13,507 bases of DNA from assembly GCA_030141605.1 (NCBI GenBank), contig JAQGDQ010002138.1:1-13507 (forward strand), in the 5' to 3' direction. The notes under the pieces were generated by a model. That model worked only from the letters and a program-made list of their open reading frames with translations. It made no database searches and was not told where the DNA came from. Shown here one piece after another: positions 1-9,887 of the stretch. This stretch comes from Tubiluchus corallicola. Lineage: Eukaryota > Animalia > Priapulida. Position numbers and translations under genes: made by a program. How positions within the stretch are numbered: the first letter of the stretch is position 1; each line of letters opens with the position of its first letter.

Positions 1-172
1 AGTTGTAGTTGTAGTTGTAGTTGTAGTTGTAGTTGTAGTTGTAGTTGTAGTTGTAGTTGTAGTTGTAGTTGTAGTTGTAGTTGTAGTTGTAGTTGTAGTT
101 GTAGTTGTAGTTGTACTTGTAGTTGTAGTTGTAGTTGTAGTTGTAGTTGTAGTTGTAGTTGTAGTTATAGTT
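1..172. repeat. (GTAGTT)n hexanucleotide microsatellite, runs off the left edge
   Basis: Near-perfect AGTTGT repeats from base 1, with single substitutions near 116 and 167. Lies in the intron that follows the minus-strand arrestin exon. Confidence 0.97.
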
Positions 173-277
173 ATATATTATAGGTATATGTTGCTTATAA
201 TTGACTAGATATACGTGCTTATACCTAGAAAACATGACAAGTCGTTACAGAATGAAAAGTAAACTAAGACAGCTCAC

Positions 278-431
278 CTCGAACGTTTGACGTGGCTTGT
301 GGAACATCAACAGTCACTCTTCCAGATATCGTGTCTCCAGCTTCGTAGACTGGCACGCCATCCACCCATTCCGAAGATGCATCGAGTCGCTTCGAATCTG
401 GGTGCAACTCTAGTCTTACTATGACTTTCAT
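278..431 (-). CDS. First coding exon of an arrestin domain-containing protein (alpha-arrestin/ARRDC-like, Arrestin_N); gene continues beyond the left edge
   Basis: Manual translation from ATG at 431-429 gives MKVIVRLELHPDSKRLDASSEWVDGVPVYEAGDTISGRVTVDVPQATSNVR(G). PVYxAGDTISGRVTV...VRG matches the alpha-arrestin N-terminal pattern. Bounded by acceptor ttttttgtAG (437-436, 4 nt of UTR before the ATG) and donor GAG|GTGAG at 278/277 (phase 1). Confidence 0.85.
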
Positions 432-690
432 TATTCTACAAAAAACTGGATGATAGCGTCCTTACATTGAAGTGGTTTACTCTACTGGTTAAGCATTGTT
501 GCTCAAAAAAATACCTGCAACGCTCGTAGTTTCTTCAGCCTGTTTAGCAATCTTACCAAGACAGAATTTACGCAGTTTGTTCGAATGGTTGAGTGGTTGT
601 TCAGTCAATCAATCACTAAGTCAGTTTTAGTGAAGGGAGCCGGTACATAGCCTATTTTAATACCAGCCCCCAGTAGTCATTCAGTCAGTA

Positions 691-1018
<328 letters not shown>

Positions 1019-1454
1019 GACAATTAATCATTAAGTCAGTCATTAGTGGGTATTTATCATGAAGTTTGTTTTCTTACATGTGTAAGCCTATTCAGGCTAT
1101 TCTATTTATTTACGTGCTGTGCTGCATGACAAATATGACGTCACCGCTGCAGCTTCTGAGTGGGTAAAGACCTGGCACCGTGATTAAACATCTTCGGCCA
1201 GGCCCAGACGTGTGTCCTTTTTAGTAACGCCTGTGGCTTGACATTAGCTCCATCTTACGGGTGCAAACATTAAGAAAACATTATTCTCTTATTTTAAACC
1301 AGCTCCAATTATTAACACGACATAATTGACAATTAAAAGAAATGAATCTTTGATAAAAAAATTTTATGATTTTGCCAACAATCTTTTATTATTAAGAATT
1401 TTATTGCAGTGAACAACAAAATTTAAAAGACACAAAGTCCGTGATGGCAGTATA

Positions 1455-1977
1455 CAGTCATTTGCAAAAGTTTAAGACCAAGCTCGAGTTTTCGGGATTC
1501 AGTCTTCACGCAAGACGGAGCTCCTTGTCACAGATCGAAGGTGACCACCAATTTCCTCAGGGAGAAGAACATCGCCGTACTTGAATGGCCTGGAAACAGC
1601 CCGGACCTCAATCCGATAGAGAATCTCTATGAGATACTGAAGGATAAGGTAGCAGACAGGTAGCCATCAAGTGCTGAAGACTTGCGAAGAGTTATCAAGG
1701 ACGTTTGGGTTAAAGAAATTACTTCCGAGTTGTGCCAAAACCTAATTTCCAGTATGCCTCTTAGAATGAAGGCAGTGATTGACAACTTCGGCAGCCATAC
1801 AAAGTACTAAAATGTTCAAGAACTGTGACTATTTTTGGATTAAAACATACAAACTATGCTGTAGTATATTTTTCTAGAAGAATGAATGAATAGTTTTTAG
1901 ATGGAACCGTGTTAAACGATGGTTTTGTCAATTTTCTTGAAAAAATCACTTTGGTTTTAAACTTTTGAAAATGATTG
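1455..1977 (+). mobile_element. Internally deleted Tc1-family (DD34E) DNA transposon, 523 bp
   Basis: TA at 1453-1454 and 1978-1979. TIRs of ~27 bp: CAGTCATTTGCAAAAGTTTAAGACCAA versus the reverse complement of the right end, CAATCATTTTCAAAAGTTTAAAACCAA (3 mismatches). Contains the transposase C-terminus. Confidence 0.93.
1502..1810 (+). pseudogene. Tc1 transposase C-terminal remnant
   Basis: Translates as VFTQDGAPCHRSKVTTNFLREKNIAVLEWPGNSPDLNPIENLYEILKDKVADR*PSSAEDLRRVIKDVWVKEITSELCQNLISSMPLRMKAVIDNFGSHTKY*. There are 34 residues between the D of QDGAPCH and the E of NPIE. In-frame TAG at 1661-1663; N-terminal part absent. Confidence 0.93.
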
Positions 1978-2035
1978 TAGAGTTGACGATACTCCTACAT
2001 GGATGAACAGTTAAATATACATTAAGATAAATATA

Positions 2036-2320
2036 AATAATCTTTATTTAAAATCAGCTTTTGGGTGAAGAATTACCATTAACTCAAAGAGCTATTATCG
2101 CCGACTGTAAATAACAACCTACACCTACATAACAGAGAGTATTATTACCCCACTTTTACCCTAAATACCCTAATAATAATAATACTTTACGCTAAATACC
2201 ACGCGTCAGGCAGGGCAACAGCAGGTACCATTTTTAAAGTCTTTGGTATTACCCAGCCACTGGTTCGAACTCACGACCTCCCAGACGGAAACCAGACGCA
2301 TTACCACTAGACCGTCTGGT
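2036..2320 (-). mobile_element. tRNA-derived SINE, apparently full length (central domain resembles Meta/MESC-type SINEs)
   Basis: Minus strand shows A-box-like GGTCTAGTGGT (2313-2303), B-box GAGTTCGAACC (2272-2262), then ATACCAAAGACTTTAAAAATGGTACC and an AATAAAGATTATT tail. A second copy lies at 12271-12491 in opposite orientation. The Meta-domain assignment is from memory only. Confidence 0.85.
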
Positions 2321-2402
2321 ACATTAACTTATACATTACATTATTGCATACATTACATACATTACACACATCACATACATTACATACATTATATACATTA
2401 CA
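2321..2402. repeat. Degenerate (ACATT/ACAT)n low-complexity tract
   Basis: Repeated acatt, acatac and cattac units. Confidence 0.7.
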
Positions 2403-3252
2403 AAATTTCACAGTGAAAGAACTGATATGATAAACACTAACATTTTGCAAGATCAAAGGGATAAAAGCTTTGAAAAAATAATGAAATCTATTTAAATTAA
2501 GTATTAAAATCTATACTAAACATATCTTAAGTGTTTGTGTGGCAGCCTCTCTGCGTCAGGCGAAAATTTGTTGCACTTTCCTTTAATATCTAGCAGAAAA
2601 TTGATGTGCCATCTGTTTCAGCTTGTTGAGTAGGTTTGAGCAGCAGCAGTCAGACTGCCATGATTTATGTTGACAGGTTTCAGAATTGCTAATATTTTCC
2701 TTTCAAGATCTGAGCTTTACGTTGGATCTGCTTCATTAACTTAAGGCAAAACCGGACCTAATCTTAAACTGTAGGTCAAAACGATCTACTCTTTAAAATA
2801 ATGAAAGGAAACATACTATTTTTCAAAAATGACTTACGTTGAACAATTATTACCACACAAACACAATTTCACGTTCGCGCCTCTAATTCTTCGCTGTTAC
2901 ATGCATTTCGCCAATCTCTAATTAGACGGGCACTAGTGCCTGCATTTCGGAAGCGCATTGCACAACAAACAGGTGCTGTACCTCTCAGTTTAGACATATT
3001 ATTTCGTGACGAATTGCACACGTTCGACAGCTCATGCGTGAGCACAGCGGTTCATTGGGAAATTAAATTTTTATCTTAAAACTTGCCTACTTTTAGTACA
3101 ACACACTGAATATCTTACAGCAGCACTGTACTTCAATTTTCGTTTTCGAAACACGTGTAACACGCTCGTGGAATATTTTTCTGTAGAAAATTATGTTAGT
3201 CATCAATAGTTGAGCTCGCCCGCCTTTAATTAAGTATTTAATCTATTACATA

Positions 3253-4222
3253 CCGTAAAACGGGGTGAGTTCGCCACCCGAGGGTGAGTTCGCCACCCCT
3301 TACGTAATGGCCATTGTAGGTTCGCTGTAACTATTGTTCAGTGTTTAATGAACAGATATCATGATCACCGTCATTATAAACAGCTTGCGACAGTCATCTT
3401 CTTTCAATTCGCACTAGAAGTATTCCATTCTGCGCTACATATTATTTGTCTACTATTTCTTGCTACTTAACATACCACGCACCTGCACCCCTGTATCGGG
3501 TCATAGATACCAAAATTATACCCCAGAAGCTCTGGAAGCTGCCCTACATGCCGTCAAGAATAACAACAGGACAATCAGCGCAGCGGCGAGACAATTCGGG
3601 GTTCCAAGAAAGACCCTTGCTGACAAACTCTCAGGAAGTCATCCGCGGAAGACCGGAGGTCAGCCAGTGTTCTCCGCCGCCGAGGAGCACGAAATCGCCA
3701 ACACTCCAAGTGACCGCTGAGTGGGGGTTCCCAATGACTGCCATCGATCTCCGACTACTGATTAAGAGTGTTCTTGACGCGAAGGGAGTTCAGGAACGAC
3801 GATTCAAGCCAAACACCCCTGGAATAGACTTTGTCAAATCATTCGCCCGAAGGAACAATCTGGTTTTCAGAATGGCTGGCAACATCAAGGGCGCCCGCCA
3901 CAAGATCAGTGCACAAGACGTTCAAGCCTTCCTTGCCAACGTAGAAATTTCTATTTGAAAACTAAAACTAGACATTTTTCATAATTTTTTCATAGGGTGG
4001 CGAACTCACCCCCAACCAGCCAATCACAACCAGTTAACTTCAGCTGCCTAGAATGGCATTAAACAGTGTTAAATTGTTGGTGGCGAATTCACCCCACGAT
4101 AGTGTTTCATTCGAAAGGCAATATAAAGCTTGAACTAAGAAAATCGGTTGGGTAATTCTCTTGCTATGGCAGGAAACGTAAAAAATACCCCTAAAAAGTG
4201 GCGAACTCACCCCGTTTTACGG
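3253..4222 (+). mobile_element. pogo-like (Tc1/mariner superfamily) non-autonomous DNA transposon, 970 bp
   Basis: Perfect 25-bp TIR CCGTAAAACGGGGTGAGTTCGCCAC (3253-3277 / 4198-4222); TA duplication at 3251-3252 and 4223-4224. Extra GGGTGAGTTCGCCACC motifs at ~3282 and, inverted, at ~3995 and ~4079. Confidence 0.95.
3472..3958 (+). pseudogene. Frameshifted, truncated pogo/CENP-B-like transposase (HTH_psq plus Tc5-type HTH; DDE domain missing)
   Basis: ORF 3460-3720 gives YTPEALEAALHAVKNNNRTISAAARQFGVPRKTLADKLSG...PVFSAAEEHEIAN. The reading continues in the frame of ORF 3446-3958 as TLQVTAEWGFPMTAIDLRLLIK...PGIDFVKSFARRN. Frameshift near 3701-3704; likely ancestral start at 3472 (ATA CCA CGC in place of MPR). 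Confidence 0.88.
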
Positions 4223-4520
4223 TAATTATTAGAAACGCTTTTACAATATTAATCGTGTTAAAATGTATACTTTTTATCGGACATGAAAATGGGGTAGTAT
4301 ATAAAAAATCATCCTGTCTTCCTTTAATGTTTTCATTAGGCGCAACAATGTAAATGTTGATAATTACTTTGAATTATACGAATAATTACTTTGTTAAACA
4401 TAAAACATTTTTATCACAATGGGCTGCTTTAAGTTCAAGTAATAATAAGTTTTTTACAGAATAACTGCAACACTAGCACGTGGCGTTAGTAAAATAATCG
4501 GTTGAAGTTTATTTATTCTT

Positions 4521-4786
4521 GTGGTTAAAGCTGCTTGCTGATTATTGTTGTTTATTGCGTGGCGTGTGAGGTAGCCACGATGGGCATGGCAAACTATCAA
4601 GACTTTATTTAATAAACTACACATTTATTAAATATTAAACACATAACAAACTCTATTTATTATAGTGGTTAAAGCTGCTTGCTGATTATTGTTGTTTATG
4701 GCTTGGCGTGTGAGGAGCCACGATGGGCATGGCAAACTATCAAGATTTTATTTAATAAACTAAACATTTATTAAATATCAAACACA
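4521..4786. repeat. Direct duplication of ~122 bp, period 144 bp
   Basis: 4521-4643 and 4665-4786 both read GTGGTTAAAGCTGCTTGCTGATTATTGTTG...AAACACA with a few substitutions and small indels. Confidence 0.92.
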
Positions 4787-5422
4787 ACACGGTAAATATA
4801 AGAGGATAGTAATACCAGCCCTCCGTCTTCTAGTCAGTTCCTAATCTCTCTCGAGGTGCCTCAACACTTTTGTCTAACTACCTAATGCGCCGTGAGCTTC
4901 TGCGCATAAGGATTGCATCATCAATCTTTACTTCTGAGTCAGCCGGTCGAACATCAGCTGGTCACGTGATGCCACACCTAACTAGGCTTCTATCCACGAC
5001 GATAGTTTAATCTTGCATCGTCAAGCATTTAATCTTGAATTATTAATTTAATAATTTAATCACCAATTTAATCAAAATCATTATTTAACACAGCTTTCCT
5101 TTACTGCGTTTGATGTTTGTTTTGGGGTTATTTAGAGGAATCAGGTAGAAGAAATCAAAACTTATTTGTGAACTCACAGTTTTGTAATTTTATTTTATTA
5201 ACAAAAATAGAGACTTCTACGGATACCATCAAGATTTTATCGAATTTCGCTATACACGGCAGCAGTTTCTCACAGAAAATATTAATGGCGCTTGCCAATC
5301 TAGTGACAATTTTGAATAGAAAATTACGTATGATAAGACGATGGCAAATTTCGTTAAGTTTTTTCGCATTTCACATAATTTTTGCCTTATCATTAGTTTG
5401 ATTAGAGTCTATTTGTGATGCA

Positions 5423-6402
5423 GTCTTGTATAATGGTGCTGTAATGTGGACATTCTGTCATGCATAATGGTGCTGTAATGTGGACATTCTGTCATGTATA
5501 ATGGTGCTGTAATGTGGACATTCTGTCATGCATAATGGTGCTGTAATGTGGACATTCTGTCATGCATAATGGTGCTGTAACGTGGACATTCTGTCATGTA
5601 TAATGGTGCTGTAATGTGGACATTCTGTCATGTATAATTGTGCTGTAATGTGGACATTCTGTCATGTATAATGGTGCTGTAATGTGGACATTCTGTCATG
5701 TATAATGGTGCTGTAATGTGGACATTCTGTCATGTATAATGGTGCTGTAATGTGGACATTCTGTCATGCATAATGGTGCTGTAATGTGGACATTCTGTCA
5801 TGCATAATGGTGCTGTAATGTGGACATTCTGTCATGTATAATGGTGCTGTAATGTGGACATTCTGTCATGTATAATGGTGCTGTAATGTGGACATTCTGT
5901 CATGTATAATGGTGCTGTAATGTGGACATTCTGTCATGTATAATGGTGCTGTAATGTGGACATTCTGTCATGTATAATGGTGCTGTAATGTGGACATTCT
6001 GTCATGTATAATGGTGCTGTAATGTGGACATTCTGTCATGTATAATGGTGCTGTAATGTGGACATTCTGTCATGCATAATGGTGCTGTAATGTGGACATT
6101 CTGTCATGTATAATGGTGCTGTAATGTGGACATTCTGTCATGTATAATGGTGCTGTAATGTGGACATTCTGTCATGTATAATGGTGCTGTAATGTGGACA
6201 TTCTGTCATGTATAATGGTGCTGTAATGTGGACATTCTGTCATGTATAATGGTGCTGTAATGTGGACATTCTGTCATGTATAATGGTGCTGTAATGTGGA
6301 CATTCTGTCATGTATAATGGTGCTGTAATGTGGACATTCTGTCATGTATAATGGTGCTGTAATGTGGACATTCTGTCATGTATAATGGTGCTGTAACGTG
6401 GA
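5423..6402 (+). repeat. 34-bp minisatellite, ~28.8 copies, derived from LINE ORF2 sequence
   Basis: Unit CATTCTGTCATGTATAATGGTGCTGTAATGTGGA. TAATGG recurs at 5431+34n up to 6383. Head-to-tail with no spacers and few variants. Confidence 0.97.
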
Positions 6403-6736
6403 ATCATTTACCCAGTGAAATAAAACAAGCCAGTAATATAAATAAATTTAAGAAACTTTTAAAAAAATATTTACTAGAAAATATGTGATTTTATTAATGA
6501 TGTAAGATGCAATTTTTTTACCATAATTATACAATTTTATCGTACTAATCAACTTTTAATCTTTTTACCGGCACTTTTAATTTATTTGCACCTACTTGTT
6601 TGTTTATATTGTACTAACCATATACTATGTACTTTTCAATTTTAGCAGTAATTTTACTTTCTGTACATAGTCGACATGTTTTACTATGTTTTTAATGGAC
6701 ATATAAGCCGCTTGACTTCAGTTCATAGATGTATTA

Positions 6737-6771
<35 letters not shown>

Positions 6772-6790
6772 ATGAATAAATAAATAAATA
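6369..6790 (+). mobile_element. 5'-truncated non-LTR retrotransposon 3' end (CR1/L2/Crack group): ORF2 C-terminus, 3' UTR and (TAAA)n tail
   Basis: 6369-6488 translates as HSVMYNGAVTWNHLPSEIKQASNINKFKKLLKKYLLENM*, matching the YxGxxxWNxLPxxIK...FKKxLKxYL ending typical of CR1/L2-group ORF2. Followed by a T-rich UTR and a simple-repeat tail. Confidence 0.85.
6736..6790. repeat. (TAAA)n microsatellite (LINE tail)
   Basis: About 13 ATAA units with one ATGA variant. Confidence 0.93.
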
Positions 6791-7325
6791 TTTTACAATT
6801 TTAAACAAAATAATACTTACCAAAACGATGAACGACATACGCAGAACGTCTAACAGGCCTGTATTTCCACTGTCACCTTTGCACCAATGGCAGTCACTCA
6901 CGGAAACTTTGAAGAGCAAAACTATTTCGTCGTCCCATTGTCAACAACAGTCAACTTGAAGAAATTAATTACAGGTTGAGTCTTGCTAAAGGCAAGGTGG
7001 ACTGGATTCCAAAGATACTGCAACCCGAAACTGCTTAAACTTTAACTAAATAAACTAAGAGTAGATTGTTTTGACCTACAGTTTAAGTTTGGGTACGGTT
7101 TCTATTTAAAATCAAATACTGAACCTACAGCAGTAAGTACGCGTATATTATGTCCCTAAAAAGTGGTTTCTTGATTGATGTTGATAAAATTACATATTAC
7201 ATTAAAATTACGTAATTATCTCGATTAAATGACGAAGAGGTTGTTGGTTTTCATCTTTGTTTATTTGTTTGTTATTAAAATGCGCTCAGCAACTAAATAT
7301 GTCCAATAGAAAATAATGATTATTG

Positions 7326-8757
7326 ATTCAATTCAATTCAATTTTAATTTATTTATCTCTTTATAATACTACAATAAAACGTGATTAATAAAAGAATCGC
7401 TAATAAGTTTTGAAGAATGGTTAAAATGTATAGATAGATCTAGAACTAGAGAAAGGACAGCGAAAAGACAAATCAAATCAACTCAATTCAATTACAATTT
7501 ATTTATCTCTTTATAGTGCTACAATAAAACATGATTAATAAAAGAATCTGTAGTATGTTTTGAAGAATGGTTAAAATGTATAGATAGATCTAGAACTAGA
7601 GAAAGGATAGCGAAAAGACAATTCAATTCAACTCAATTCAATTTTAATTTATTTATCTCTTTATAATACTACAATAAAATATGATTAATAAAAGAATCTC
7701 TAATAAGTTTTGAAGAATGGTTAAAATGTATAGATAGATCTAGAACTAGAGAAAGGATAGCGAAAAGACAAATCAAATCAACTCAATTCAATTACAATTT
7801 ATTTATCTCTTTATAGTGCTACAATAAAACATGATTAATAAAAGAATCTGTAGTATGTTTTGAAGAATGGTTAAAATGTATAGATAGATCTAGAACTAGA
7901 GAAAGGATAGCGAAAAGACTATTCAATTCAACTCAATTCAATTTTAATTTATTTATCTCTTTATAATGCTATAGGTTTTACACGTCAAATGTAGACACAG
8001 GACAGTTCAAATGTGACTTAGGTAAGTCAAATGTAGACATAGGAATTTCGAATGTGTTTTGGTAACTCAAATGTGACTAAGGTAAGTCAAATGTAGACAT
8101 AGGAGTTTCGAATGTGTTTTGGTAACTCAAATGTGACTTAGGTAAGTCAAATGTAGACATAGAATTCTACATTTTATTTGTCAACGTTTTACAATAAATG
8201 TTGGCAGAAAAGAATAAATCGCTTCCCACTTCCCAATGAACAGTGAATCACTCATTAGTTTTTTAAGTAATGCATCAGCACTGTATTAATGAATTAGTTT
8301 CTCTCAAGAAACATTGTTTATTTTAAGAACGTATTGTTTTCTCTAACAGTTCCAATAGTATGTAAAGTTTACAGAATATTAGTGAACTATTAGTAGACCT
8401 ATAAAGTTATTTTTTTCACACCAATTATTAAATTAAGTGTAAAGGAGATTAAATTTAACATCCTTAAACTTTAACACTTATCCACATTTGAGATACCAAT
8501 GTCGCATTTGACTTGACATGTGTCTACATTTGACTTACCAAAAACGCTTAAGATTTGTTGAAAACCATTGTTAACACATTTGAATTACCTAAATCTACAT
8601 TTGAATTACCTAAATCTACATTTGAGCTAACGTAGGTCTACATTTGACATGTAAAACCTATACAATAAAACATGATTAATAAAAGAATCACTAATAAGTT
8701 TTGAAGAATGGTTAAAATGTATAGATAGATCTAGAACTAGAGAAAGGATAGCGAAAA
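7326..8757. repeat. 150-bp tandem repeat, 5 copies with A/B alternation; fifth copy split by a MITE
   Basis: ATTTATCTCT occurs at 7351, 7501, 7651, 7801 and 7951. The fifth unit resumes at 8661 after the insertion and ends near 8757. Confidence 0.95.
7972..8660. mobile_element. TA-duplicating MITE, 689 bp, with subterminal TCAAATGT motif arrays
   Basis: TIR TAGGTTTTACAYGTCAAATGTAGAC (24/25). TA at 7970-7971 and 8661-8662. Sister repeat units show the empty site CTACAATAAAA. Nine TCRAATGT motifs on the left (60-bp period over ~8007-8161) and seven inverted CATTTGA on the right. Confidence 0.93.
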
Positions 8758-9346
8758 AACTATAAAGTCACCTAGTCTGCTATCCTTTACCAAATATAGA
8801 TAAAAAGATTTTTTAGACACTGGTGGGCATTAATGTTATCAGTTTAATTTAGGAAACATTAGTAATTTTTAAAATTATGACATTTTCTATATAATCCAGA
8901 GTAAAGAAAATACGTGTAGTTTAATTAGCGGGCAACAAAATAAGGTCAATCTTGATTAAACTAAAAATTGTATTTAGATTTTATGTGAAACACAGGTCAA
9001 AATTGTTATGAAATGATAAAAACACTTTGGGTTAATAAGGCAATTAATCAACATCAGAAGTTAAATACATTTTGATTTGAGTTCAACTTCATTATTTCTA
9101 GGCTTATTGATTAAGAATAAACCTACTGACAATAATGCTAAATAATATAATTCTCAATATTGAGATTATTGATTATTGAGCTCGCAACGTCACAGCTCAA
9201 CGTTACGTTTGCTACAGATTGTGTAACTAATTGATTATACACGCTACCCCACCCCCACCCCTCCACCGCCACCCCCAAAAGTTTCGTGGAAATCGGTGAA
9301 GATGTTTTTGCGTAAACCTCCTAAAAACCAAGTAGAGAAACGAACG

Positions 9347-9652
<306 letters not shown>

Positions 9653-9813
9653 ATGATGAAAACTAATCGCTTGTCATTTTCGTCATTTAGTTAAGATGAT
9701 TACTGGAAGTACTTAATTTCACCAATCTGTATTGTTAAATGAATTGTACGATCTGTACTATTAATTAATACAGAAAAATTAATTGTACTGATTGATTAGT
9801 ACAGGTACTGCTT

Positions 9814-9814
<1 letters not shown>

Positions 9815-9857
<43 letters not shown>

Positions 9858-9887
9858 ACGCCCGTCACGTCTATTATAGACATTGGG
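9815..9887 (-). mobile_element. Very short retroposon 3' end with (TGA)n tail, RTE-like
   Basis: Minus strand reads CCCAATGTCTATAATAGACGTGACGGGCGTA(TGA)n. (ATC)n spans 9813-9857. Flanked by the direct repeat CTGCTTA at 9808-9814 and 9888-9894. Confidence 0.6.

Larger units (their letters stand above)
2745..7105. mobile_element. Putative old TTAA-flanked DNA element (Kolobok-like?) hosting nested insertions
   Basis: 45-bp inverted repeats at 2749-2793 and 7057-7101 (41/45 identical), each 4 bp inside a TTAA (2741-2744; 7106-7109). The outermost 4 bp do not match and no transposase is recognisable. Confidence 0.4.

Noticed and set aside
1-172. Telomeric repeat at the window edge
   Set aside because: GTAGTT is not a telomere unit I recognise in animals, and it lies in the intron after the arrestin exon.
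2250-2320. Functional tRNA gene
   Set aside because: It has A and B boxes but no clean cloverleaf, and it continues into a body shared with the second SINE copy.
3446-3958. Two separate overlapping protein-coding genes (170 aa and 86 aa)
   Set aside because: They are the two halves of one frameshifted transposase remnant.
5117-5401. 94-aa plus-strand ORF
   Set aside because: TTG start, AT-rich, no motif, and an in-frame stop just upstream; consistent with a chance ORF.
5423-6402. CRISPR-like array (34-bp repeat length)
   Set aside because: Units are head-to-tail with no unique spacers, there are no cas genes, the context is eukaryotic, and the unit is LINE-derived.
6734-6919. 61-aa minus-strand ORF
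   Set aside because: TTG start, the YLFI C-terminus is the (TAAA)n tail, and no domain is recognisable.
9247-9276. C-rich tract with G-quadruplex potential on the minus strand
   Set aside because: Short low-complexity run with no supporting functional context.
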